This document shows, piece by piece, positions 18,359-26,754 of a DNA stretch of 27,297 nt; positions within the stretch are counted from its first letter, which is position 1; every line of letters begins with the position of its first letter. The notes below the pieces were generated by a model, which searched no databases, had not been told where the DNA came from, and saw only the letters and a list, made by a program, of their open reading frames with translations. Source of the DNA: Odoribacteraceae bacterium (lineage in GTDB: Bacteria; Bacteroidota; Bacteroidia; Bacteroidales; Marinifilaceae); the NCBI GenBank assembly GCA_031259905.1, contig JAIRKS010000058.1, forward strand, positions 1 through 27,297. Reading direction: 5' to 3'. Position numbers and translations under genes: made by a program.

Positions 18359-19636
18359 ATGATCGATAGATTGATACATATAAACGCTCCCGTGCAGAAA
18401 GCGCCCGGCATTAAGGTATTGGGCGTGGGCGGGGGCGGTTGCAATGCCGTGAACTACATGTATTACCAGGGAATACAGAACGTGGACTTCATGGTATGTG
18501 ACACGGATTTACAAAAACTGCGTCAAAGCCCGGTGCAGAACCGGGTGCAGATCGGGAAAGACTCGACCGGGGGACTCGGGGCGGGAAGTAACCCGGAGCA
18601 AGGAAAGACGTCAGCCAACGAGACCCTCGACTACCTCCGTTCCGTGCTGGAGAACAATACTAAAATGCTCTTCATCGCGGCCGGGATGGGAGGAGGAACA
18701 GGCACGGGGGCTGCTCCCGTCATCGCCGATTTATCAAGGAGTTTAGGTATACTGACCGTCGCCATCGTGACGATTCCCTTCAATTTCGAGGGGAAACGGC
18801 GCGTGGAACAGGCGTTAAAGGGAATCGAGGAGCTGGATAAACACGTCGACTCCCTGTTGATCATCTGTAACGAGAAGTTACTGAAAATACACGACAACCT
18901 GAAATTGTCCCAGGCTTTCAAGAAAGCCGACGACGTGTTGGCGGTCGCCGCCAGGAGTATCGCGGAGATTATCACCATAAGAGGGTTTGTCAATATCGAC
19001 ATGAAAGACGTGAAGTCAGTGATGAACAATAGCGGGGTAGCCCTCATGGGTGCCGGTGACGCGTCCGGTCCGGATCGGGCAATGGAGGCGGTGAAAAAGG
19101 CCCTGGACTCCCCGCTGTTGAACAGTAGCGATATCCGGGGAGCTTCCGAGGTCTTGTTAAACATCTTGTACGGGGAAGAGGAAGTGACGCCCCAGGAGGG
19201 AGAATCAATAAAAGCCTACCTGAAAGAACTGGTAGGGGGCGACGTGGATTTTAACTGGGGATCGGGAAAGGACGATACGCTGGAAGATAAATTACGAGTG
19301 GTAGTGATCGTCACGAGATTTAAGCAGAGGGCCTTGGAATCACCCTATTCTGCCCCGGTCTTCAAGGTCGAGGAGGTCGAGGAGGAGGAAGAGCTGCGGC
19401 TGATGGTGGAGGATGCCCGACAGCTGGAAGAAAAGAAACGGCAGCAATATAAAACGAGACAAGAGCAACAGCAACGTAAGGAGCAAAAGGAAACACTTCC
19501 ACGCGAGAAACAGAAGCAAGGGAAAAACACCCCCCCCGACCAGGATGGTTGGCTCCAACGAACATTTGGACATATTTTTAACACAGACGCGAATCTGGCA
19601 AGAGACACGGATATATCAAAGGAATCTGGATCATGA
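18359..19636 (+). CDS. ftsZ: Cell division protein FtsZ, first copy
   Basis: IKVLGVGGGGCNAV, GLGAGSNP, GMGGGTGTGAAP, PFNFEGKRR and T7 loop NIDMKDV. Confidence 0.93.
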   Translation: MIDRLIHINAPVQKAPGIKVLGVGGGGCNAVNYMYYQGIQNVDFMVCDTDLQKLRQSPVQNRVQIGKDSTGGLGAGSNPEQGKTSANETLDYLRSVLENNTKMLFIAAGMGGGTGTGAAPVIADLSRSLGILTVAIVTIPFNFEGKRRVEQALKGIEELDKHVDSLLIICNEKLLKIHDNLKLSQAFKKADDVLAVAARSIAEIITIRGFVNIDMKDVKSVMNNSGVALMGAGDASGPDRAMEAVKKALDSPLLNSSDIRGASEVLLNILYGEEEVTPQEGESIKAYLKELVGGDVDFNWGSGKDDTLEDKLRVVVIVTRFKQRALESPYSAPVFKVEEVEEEEELRLMVEDARQLEEKKRQQYKTRQEQQQRKEQKETLPREKQKQGKNTPPDQDGWLQRTFGHIFNTDANLARDTDISKESGS

Positions 19637-20826
19637 AAGATAGATTGATTAATTTTATCCAAGACGAGACTTCCCCGGTCATCATTAAGGTGATTGGCGT
19701 GGGTGGAGGTGGCGGCAATGCCGTGGCGTACATGTCGGAAGAGGGGATACATGACGTGGATTTCGTGGCGTGTAACACGGATAGCCAGGCGCTCCAGGGA
19801 CTTCCTGATATTGTCAAATGCATACAACTGGGCCAGAGCTTGACGGGGGGAGAGGGCGCCGGCAACAATCCCGAAAGGGGCGAGGCCGCTGCTCTCGAGA
19901 GTTTAGAGGAAATAGAATCCATGTTGCGGGAGAATACCAAGATGGCTTTCATCACGGCGACGATGGGCGGGGGGACCGGGACAGGCGCCGCCCCCGTGAT
20001 CGCCAAGGCGGCCAAGGAGATGAATATCCTCACCGTGGGCGTGGTAACCTTCCCCATGCGCTCGGATGGCCCGAAGCGGGTCAAACAAGCACACGAGGGG
20101 ATCAAGCGGATGCAGGAGCACGTGGACGCGCTGCTCGTCATTGATAACGAGAAAATCTGTAGCTTGTACGGGTCGAGAACGCAGACCGACGCCTTTAACA
20201 AGGCCAACGACGTGTTAAAGGTCGCGGTGAAAGGCATCGCCGAGATCATCACCTTGCCGGGGTACATCAACGTGGATTTCTCCGACGTGAAGACGGTGCT
20301 GACCAATAGTCGCATGGCCATCATGGGAGCGGCCAAGGCATCGGGCAAGGGCCGGGCGGAACGGGTGATCGCGGAAGCGCTGAATAGCCCGCTGCTCAAT
20401 ATAAGCGACCTGTCGGATGCCAACGACATCTTGTTGAGCATCTCTTCGGGCATTGACGATAACGAGATTTCGGTACCCGAGTTGATAACGATCACCTCTT
20501 ACATGACTGACCGGGTGGGGGATGTTTCGGTAATCTGGGGTGTCGGTATGGACGAGACGTTGGGAGAAGATCTCTCCGTGACGATCATCGCCACGGGCTT
20601 CCCCTTCACGGAGGTGGACGACGCGCCGGTGAATATTCCCGGGATGGATTCCGGGACAGCACGGGAAGAGACGTACCAGAACAACGATAGCGTGATCGAT
20701 TACGCCGGCATGATATTGAAGAAACCGGACGTGTCCTTGCAACCTGATCTTACTGTCGAGGAAATACGCGAGTTGAAGATGACGCCGGCCTATACCCGGC
20801 GAAGAATAAAAGTGAATAAGATTTAG
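19633..20826 (+). CDS. ftsZ: Cell division protein FtsZ, second copy
   Basis: IKVIGVGGGGGNAV, CNTDSQAL, TMGGGTGTGAAP, T7 loop NVDFSDV and C-terminal PAYTRR. It has an ATGA overlap with copy 1. Confidence 0.93.
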   Translation: MKDRLINFIQDETSPVIIKVIGVGGGGGNAVAYMSEEGIHDVDFVACNTDSQALQGLPDIVKCIQLGQSLTGGEGAGNNPERGEAAALESLEEIESMLRENTKMAFITATMGGGTGTGAAPVIAKAAKEMNILTVGVVTFPMRSDGPKRVKQAHEGIKRMQEHVDALLVIDNEKICSLYGSRTQTDAFNKANDVLKVAVKGIAEIITLPGYINVDFSDVKTVLTNSRMAIMGAAKASGKGRAERVIAEALNSPLLNISDLSDANDILLSISSGIDDNEISVPELITITSYMTDRVGDVSVIWGVGMDETLGEDLSVTIIATGFPFTEVDDAPVNIPGMDSGTAREETYQNNDSVIDYAGMILKKPDVSLQPDLTVEEIRELKMTPAYTRRRIKVNKI

Positions 20827-20876
20827 AAAGAGCACGGCGACGTCCTCTGTAATGTATATAGTTGAATAAATAAAAA

Positions 20877-22811
20877 ATGGAAAGATTTAGAGAATTAGGT
20901 TTAGACGGGGAGATTCTTCAAGGGATCGCGGATTTGGGCTTTGAAACACCGACTCCTGTACAAGAGAAGACAATTCCCGTGATTTTGGGCGAAACAAACG
21001 ACCTGGTCGTTCTGGCTCAAACGGGAACGGGAAAGACGGCCGCCTTCGGGCTACCGTTACTGCAAAAGATCGACGCGGGGAATAAAGACACCCAGGTGTT
21101 GATCTTAAGCCCCACGCGGGAATTGTGCGTGCAGATCGGGAATGATCTGAAGAATTACTCGAAGCACAGGAAAGACATCAGCGTCACCTGCGTGTACGGG
21201 GGCACCGATATCCGGAAACAGATACGGGAAGTACAACGCGGGGTACACATCATCGTGGCAACGCCGGGGCGGCTGGTTGATTTACTGGAACGCGGGGTAG
21301 TACACATCGGGACGATATTCGCCGTGGTGCTGGACGAGGCCGACGAGATGTTGAACATGGGTTTCCAGGAGGAATTAAATTCCATCCTCGAGGCCACGCC
21401 AAAAGAGAAAAACACCTACCTCTTCTCGGCAACAATGCCGAAAGAGGTGGAGAGAATCGCCAAAAACTACCTGGTGAACCCCGTGGAAATCGCCGTCGGG
21501 AAGAAAAACCAGGGGGCAGACACGGTCTCGCACCACTACTACATGGTGCGTGCCAAGGACTGTTACGAGACACTGCGCCGGGTCGTCGACTGTGCACCGG
21601 ACATGTACGCTATCATCTTTACCCGCACGAAGAATGACGCGAGCGATATTGCCAAGCATTTGCAGAAAGACGGTATCGACTGCGACGCCCTGCACGGCGA
21701 CCTGAGCCAGGCGCAACGGGACAACGTGATGGCCGCCTTCCGCTCCAAGCGCTTAAAAGTTCTCGTGGCCACCGACGTCGCGGCCAGGGGACTGGACGTG
21801 GATTGCCTGACGCACGTCATCAACTACAACCTGCCTGACGACGTGGAGAGCTATACCCACCGCAGTGGACGCACCGGACGCGCGGGGAAGGAAGGAATCT
21901 CCATCGCGATCATTCACTCCCGCGAGAAGGGCAAGTTACGCCGCATCGAGGGGATGTTGAAAAAACAATTCATCTACCAGGAAGTGCCCGATGGCGACAG
22001 TATCTGCCGGGCGCAGCTCGCCTTCTACGCCGACAAGATCTTGAACTCCGAGATGCAGGAAGAGTTGGAGCGCTATGACCAGGGGGTTTTCGAGAAATTC
22101 GAGGCATTGAGCAAGGAAGAATTAATACAGCATTTAGTCTCCTACGAGTTCGGTAAACTCTTGAAGAAATACAAGGACACGGAAGACCTGAACTTATCGG
22201 CCGGGGAACGGGGCGAGCGAGGTGAACGAGGAGAACGAGGTGAACGAGGCGGACGAGGTGAACGAGGCGGACGGGGAGAACGCGGCGATCGTGGTGATCG
22301 TGGTGATCGCGGCGAGCGAGGCGAACGCGGTGATCGTGGCGATCGTGGTGATCGTGGCGATCGCGGCGATCGTGGTGATCGCGGCAGGGAGATCTTCTTC
22401 AGTGCCTTCTCGATGAATGTCGGGCGAGAGGACGGGATGACCCCCCGCGACTTGATGGCCTTGATTAACCAGAATTCCCGTCACCGCAACGTGGAGGTGG
22501 GCGGCATACAGATATACGATACCGACACCCGCTTCGAGATCGACGAGAGTAGCGCTCATGATTTCTTCGTGGACTTCAAGCGGGTATTCTTTAACGGCAT
22601 ACCGGTGACGCTCGTTCCCTTCTCCGGTCGGGTCGAGAGCGGCGCTCGCGGCCGGGATCGCCGCGGTGGTCGCGCGCCTGCCTTCTCCAGCAGGTCCGGG
22701 TACGACCGCCGGGGCAGGTACAGCCGGCGGCGCGAGGAAGAAACCCCTGGGAAACGTCGCGGGAAACCGGGAAGCAACCCCAAAAAACCCAGGAACTTTA
22801 GCAGATCCTGA
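20877..22811 (+). CDS. DEAD-box RNA helicase with a DbpA/CsdA-type RNA-binding domain
   Basis: Q motif GFETPTPVQ, AQTGTGKT, DEAD, SAT, ARGLD and HRSGRTGRAG, followed by an RBD-like segment (MNVGREDGMTPRDL) and a basic tail. Confidence 0.95.
   Translation: MERFRELGLDGEILQGIADLGFETPTPVQEKTIPVILGETNDLVVLAQTGTGKTAAFGLPLLQKIDAGNKDTQVLILSPTRELCVQIGNDLKNYSKHRKDISVTCVYGGTDIRKQIREVQRGVHIIVATPGRLVDLLERGVVHIGTIFAVVLDEADEMLNMGFQEELNSILEATPKEKNTYLFSATMPKEVERIAKNYLVNPVEIAVGKKNQGADTVSHHYYMVRAKDCYETLRRVVDCAPDMYAIIFTRTKNDASDIAKHLQKDGIDCDALHGDLSQAQRDNVMAAFRSKRLKVLVATDVAARGLDVDCLTHVINYNLPDDVESYTHRSGRTGRAGKEGISIAIIHSREKGKLRRIEGMLKKQFIYQEVPDGDSICRAQLAFYADKILNSEMQEELERYDQGVFEKFEALSKEELIQHLVSYEFGKLLKKYKDTEDLNLSAGERGERGERGERGERGGRGERGGRGERGDRGDRGDRGERGERGDRGDRGDRGDRGDRGDRGREIFFSAFSMNVGREDGMTPRDLMALINQNSRHRNVEVGGIQIYDTDTRFEIDESSAHDFFVDFKRVFFNGIPVTLVPFSGRVESGARGRDRRGGRAPAFSSRSGYDRRGRYSRRREEETPGKRRGKPGSNPKKPRNFSRS
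22209..22388 (+). repeat. Coding 9-bp repeat: 20 consecutive RG-x tripeptides in the helicase
   Basis: Codon-by-codon reading from 22209: RGE x4, RGG, RGE, RGG, RGE, RGD x3, RGE x2, RGD x6, RGR. Confidence 0.95.
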
Positions 22812-22812
22812 A

Positions 22813-22833
22813 GGGAATCGCCCGGCGATTCCC
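22813..22833 (+). terminator. Stem-loop immediately after the helicase stop (possible terminator or stability hairpin)
   Basis: GGGAATCGC-CCG-GCGATTCCC with no U-tract after it. Confidence 0.4.
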
Positions 22834-22863
22834 CCCGACACGGTATCCTTAAAATCGAGTATC

Positions 22864-23472
22864 ATGGAAATTCGCGGTGCAACGTTCGTGACGAGTAATA
22901 CAGACGTGAGGCAATGCCCGGCCCCGGACCGGCACGAGTACGCTTTTATCGGGAGGTCTAACGTCGGGAAATCGTCGTTGATCAACATGCTAACCAACAA
23001 CGGTAAACTGGCGAAGACCTCCTCCACGCCCGGCAAGACGCGGTTAATAAACCATTTCCTGGTCAATAACGAGTGGTACCTCGTAGATCTTCCCGGCTAC
23101 GGGTACGTCAAATCCTCCAGGGAATCGCGGAAACAATTCAACGCGCTCATTCGTGACTACATCCTGCACCGGGAAAACATGGTTTGCCTGTTCGTGCTGG
23201 TGGATAGTCGTCACGCCCCGCGCGCGATCGACCTGGAGTTCATGGCCTGGCTGGGAGAGAACGGCATCCCGTTCGCGATCGTCTTCACCAAGGCCGACAA
23301 GCTGACCGCACGCGCGTGTCGCGACAGCATGGCCGCGTACGAGAACGTGATGCTTGAACAGTGGGAGAGCATGCCGAAAACGTTCCTGACCTCGGCGGAG
23401 AGTCGCCAGGGAAGGGAAGAGCTACTGGGTTACCTGGATGAATTGAACCGGACCGTCGACAAGTTCTGGTAA
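22864..23472 (+). CDS. engB: GTP-binding protein EngB (YihA/YsxC)
   Basis: G1 GRSNVGKSS, TPGKT, DLPGYG and TKADK. The true start is the ATG at 22864 (MEIRGATFVTS), not the ORF-track start at 22666. Confidence 0.96.
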   Translation: MEIRGATFVTSNTDVRQCPAPDRHEYAFIGRSNVGKSSLINMLTNNGKLAKTSSTPGKTRLINHFLVNNEWYLVDLPGYGYVKSSRESRKQFNALIRDYILHRENMVCLFVLVDSRHAPRAIDLEFMAWLGENGIPFAIVFTKADKLTARACRDSMAAYENVMLEQWESMPKTFLTSAESRQGREELLGYLDELNRTVDKFW

Positions 23473-23514
23473 CCGGCAGGCAACACGTGAAACACTAAAC
23501 ACCAGTATCCCGCG

Positions 23515-24888
23515 ATGAATGCCATCGGCTTATACCGCTTAAACGAGCTTGTCAAGCAGCTCTTGCACGAGAACCTGCCGGGCGCCAGGTGGGTGATCGC
23601 CGAGATCGCCGACGTCAAGGAAAACCGTTCCGGGCACTGTTACATCGAGCTGGTCGAGAAACGGGAAGAAGACAACGTGATCATCGCCTCCTCGCGTGCC
23701 GTGATCTGGGCGTTCGTCTACCGTTCACTAAAACCCGCCTTCGAGGCCGTCACCGGGCAGGCGTTGCAACCCGGCTTGAAGGTACTGCTGGAAGTAGAAA
23801 TCACCTTCCACGAGCTATACGGCTACTCGCTTAACGTCAGGGACATTGACCCCTCCTTCACGATCGGTAACCTCGAGAGGACGCGGCGAGAGATCATCGA
23901 CCGCCTGACGCACGACGGCGTGATCGACATGAACCGCTCGTTGCCGTTCCCCGCGTTACCGAAATCCATCGCCATCATCTCCTCGCCGACCGCCGCCGGG
24001 TACGAGGATTTCGTGAACCAGCTGCGCGCGAACGCCCGCGGGTACGCCTTCCATACTTGCCTCTTCCACGCGGTCATGCAGGGAGAGAAGAGCGCCGAGT
24101 CGATCATCGACGCCCTGGAGCGAGTACACGCTGCCGGCGATCTCTTCGACGTCGTCGTCATCGTCCGCGGGGGGGGATCGCGTGCCGACCTGAGTTGCTT
24201 TAATTCTCACGAGTTAGCGCTCAACGTCGCGTGCTTCCCCTTGCCGGTGCTCGCCGGGATCGGTCACGAGCGCGACGAGAGCATCGTCGACCGGGTGGCC
24301 CACGTGTCGTTGAAGACCCCCACGGCCGTTGCCGACTTCCTGTTGAAGGCGTTCCGGGATGCCGACGAGCTTCTCGAGGAGGGGCGCGCGCGCTTCATCA
24401 CGGCGGTCAAACGCCTGTCGCGGGAGGAGAACCAGCGGCAGGTGGCCCGCGCGAGTGCCGTCGGGAGATTGACGCGTGCCCTGCTCGAGCGGCAGGACGT
24501 ACGCCTCGCCCGCGCCTCGCGGGAGATCGACCATCGCTCGACGCTCCTCCTGCAACGTCGCACGGACACGCTCGCGCGGTTCGGCGATCTCCTGGAGGGA
24601 CATCTCGCCGCGCGCTTTCACCGTCACGCCGCGCGCCTGGGGGAACTCTGCCGGGAGTGTCGCGTGCACGTGGAGCGCTTGCTCGCCGCTAGGCGTCACG
24701 CCCTGGAGCTGGCCGGGACGAAGGCCGCCGGCGCCGACCCGCGACGCGTCCTGGAACGCGGGTACTCCATCACGCGCGTCAACGGGAAGGTCGCGCGCGA
24801 CGCGTCCGCCCTGGAGCGCGGCGACATCGTGGAGACCGAACTGCTCCACGGGCGCGTCGTGAGCGAGATCAAGGAGATTAAAAAATAG
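23515..24888 (+). CDS. xseA: Exodeoxyribonuclease VII large subunit
   Basis: OB-fold SGHCYIELVEK, IISSPTAAGYEDF, VRGGGSRADL, GIGHERD, TPTAVA and LERGYSI. Confidence 0.96.
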   Translation: MNAIGLYRLNELVKQLLHENLPGARWVIAEIADVKENRSGHCYIELVEKREEDNVIIASSRAVIWAFVYRSLKPAFEAVTGQALQPGLKVLLEVEITFHELYGYSLNVRDIDPSFTIGNLERTRREIIDRLTHDGVIDMNRSLPFPALPKSIAIISSPTAAGYEDFVNQLRANARGYAFHTCLFHAVMQGEKSAESIIDALERVHAAGDLFDVVVIVRGGGSRADLSCFNSHELALNVACFPLPVLAGIGHERDESIVDRVAHVSLKTPTAVADFLLKAFRDADELLEEGRARFITAVKRLSREENQRQVARASAVGRLTRALLERQDVRLARASREIDHRSTLLLQRRTDTLARFGDLLEGHLAARFHRHAARLGELCRECRVHVERLLAARRHALELAGTKAAGADPRRVLERGYSITRVNGKVARDASALERGDIVETELLHGRVVSEIKEIKK

Positions 24889-24913
24889 CATGGACCTTTA
24901 ACACGAAAAAAGT

Positions 24914-25108
24914 ATGGATAAACTAACGTACAAGGAAGCGATAAAAGAGATCGAGCAGATGATCGAGAAGCTGGAGGCAAACGAGTTGGACGTGGATGAC
25001 CTCGGGGAGAAAGTGAAGCGCGTCGCCTGGCTCGTGGCCTTTTGCAAGACCAGGTTGCACGACACGGAGGTGGAGGTGGAGAAGATCCTGCGCTCGATAG
25101 AAGAATGA
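24914..25108 (+). CDS. xseB: Exodeoxyribonuclease VII small subunit
   Basis: LTYKEAIKEIEQMIEKLE...LDVDDL...CKTRLHDTEVEV, 64 aa, directly after xseA. Confidence 0.93.
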   Translation: MDKLTYKEAIKEIEQMIEKLEANELDVDDLGEKVKRVAWLVAFCKTRLHDTEVEVEKILRSIEE

Positions 25109-26496
25109 ACGGGCGGTTACTCCTCGCGTGCGGTCTTTCCTTCCTCCCGTCCCTGCTGCTCGCGCGGCCGGCGGCGACGCCGCGGGATCTCCAGCGCGCC
25201 CCCGGCCTGGAGCACGCCTCGATCAGCATCTCCGTCAAGCGCGTGGACGACGGGCGGGTCGTGCACGAGTATAACCCGCGACTTTCCCTGCGACCGGCAT
25301 CGGTCATGAAGCTCCTCCCCGCGTTCCTCGCGCTGGAGAAGGAGGGCGCGGCGTTCACGTACCGCACGACCCTCTCTCACTCCGGCACGATCCGCGACGG
25401 GGTGCTGCACGGGCAACTCGTCATCACGGCGGGAGGGGATCCCGCGTTGGGATCTGCCTGTTTCCCCGGCGATTCCTTCCCGCGGCAAGTCGTGGAGGCG
25501 ACGCGACGGGCCGGCATCAAGCGCCTCCTCTCGCCGCCCGTCGTGGAGGAGCGCGGCGACCCGCCCCGCGTGCCCGGCTCGTGGCCGTGGGAGGACGTCT
25601 CCAACTATTACGGCGCGCTGTATCACCCTTTTAATTACAGGGACAACACGTACACGATCACCCTGGCGGCCGGGCAACCGGGTGAGCCGGCGAGGATCCT
25701 CGCCGTTGACCCGCCGACGATGGAGCTTGCCCTCGATAACCGGGCGATTACCGACCCGGCGGGGAGGAACGACGTTTGGATATACGGCGGCCCGCTCGCC
25801 TCGCGGCTGCTGCTGGCGGGCAGCGTGACGGGTGATCCCCCTTGTTATCCCGTGAAGGGGGCCATGCACGCGCCTTCACGGGCGTTCGCGCGGGAGCTGA
25901 CCGCGTTGCTGGAGGAGGAGGGCATCGCCGTGGGTCGCGACGGTTTGCCGGGGGATCTTCCCGCGCCGGGCGAGGAGCGGCGCGTGCTCTTGACGGTGGA
26001 GTCCCCGCCGCTGGAGGAGATCGTCTATCAAACGAACAGGAAGAGCGTCAACCTCTTCGCGGAGGCGCTGGGGGCGCTGGTAGATCCCGCGGCTTTCGGT
26101 CGGGCGGCGAAGGAGCGGCTCGGTAGCGCCGGGATAGACACGTCGGGCGTGATCATCGAGGACGCGTGTGGCCTCTCGCCGGCGAACGCGGCGCCGGCCG
26201 GTTTTTTTACTGATTTCCTCGCGTGGGCTTACCCGCGCTCGCCCGCCTTCCTGGCGTCGCTCCCGGAGGGGATGGTGGACGCGTCTCTCGCCGTTTATGC
26301 CGCTCACCCCTCTCTCGGCCCTCACCTGCGAGCCAAGACCGGCTCCATGACGCGGGTGCGCGCGCTCGCCGGCTACCTGTTCTCTCCCCGCGACGGCTGG
26401 CTGGCGTTCACGATTATCGTCAATAATTACACGTGCACTCCCCGACAGCTGCAAGAGTTGCTCCGTGACTTCCTCGCCAGCTTCTCCCGCCCCTGA
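25105..26496 (+). CDS. dacB: D-alanyl-D-alanine carboxypeptidase/endopeptidase PBP4
   Basis: Signal-like N-terminus from ATG 25105 (ATGA overlap with xseB), PASVMK (SxxK), GGDP, KSVNLFAE (SxN), DACGLS and AKTGSM. Confidence 0.93.
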   Translation: MNGRLLLACGLSFLPSLLLARPAATPRDLQRAPGLEHASISISVKRVDDGRVVHEYNPRLSLRPASVMKLLPAFLALEKEGAAFTYRTTLSHSGTIRDGVLHGQLVITAGGDPALGSACFPGDSFPRQVVEATRRAGIKRLLSPPVVEERGDPPRVPGSWPWEDVSNYYGALYHPFNYRDNTYTITLAAGQPGEPARILAVDPPTMELALDNRAITDPAGRNDVWIYGGPLASRLLLAGSVTGDPPCYPVKGAMHAPSRAFARELTALLEEEGIAVGRDGLPGDLPAPGEERRVLLTVESPPLEEIVYQTNRKSVNLFAEALGALVDPAAFGRAAKERLGSAGIDTSGVIIEDACGLSPANAAPAGFFTDFLAWAYPRSPAFLASLPEGMVDASLAVYAAHPSLGPHLRAKTGSMTRVRALAGYLFSPRDGWLAFTIIVNNYTCTPRQLQELLRDFLASFSRP

Positions 26497-26591
26497 CCCG
26501 TCCCTCGCCAGGCAGGGGGGGGGACATCGCGACTTCCTCTCCAACTTCTCCCGTCCCTGATCTCTCCCTTACCAGACAGGATGGAGTGTCT
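26464..26591. repeat. Degenerate 64-bp tandem duplication of the dacB 3' end
   Basis: 26464-26496 (CGTGACTTCCTCGCCAGCTTCTCCCGCCCCTGA) matches 26528-26560 (CGCGACTTCCTCTCCAACTTCTCCCGTCCCTGA) at 29/33. The following 31 nt match at 18/31. Confidence 0.85.
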
Positions 26592-26754
26592 CCTCCCTGC
26601 CTGCTTAGCGCCTTCACGGGACTGCCCAGGCGCGAAACGTCGTGCGAGTGCCCTCGTGTTAGTATCCTTTAAGAGTTGATTGCTGTTATTGGCGATACGG
26701 CCATTTTCACGCCTTTTCGCGTTAAAAAAAAGTTATATTCCGAGGTGGTACACG

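Noticed and set aside
22281-22379. RGD motifs in the helicase as integrin-binding sites
   Set aside because: The protein is a cytoplasmic RNA helicase with no export signal, and RGD is just one variant of the RG-x repeat.
22666-22863. 66-residue N-terminal extension of EngB given in the ORF track
   Set aside because: It overlaps the helicase 3' end in another frame, and family similarity begins at the ATG at 22864.
1200-26500. Numerous long antisense or alternate-frame ORFs (e.g. 6568-8211 -, 2916-4070 +, 4450-5568 -)
   Set aside because: They are shadow ORFs of GC-rich housekeeping genes with no recognisable motifs.
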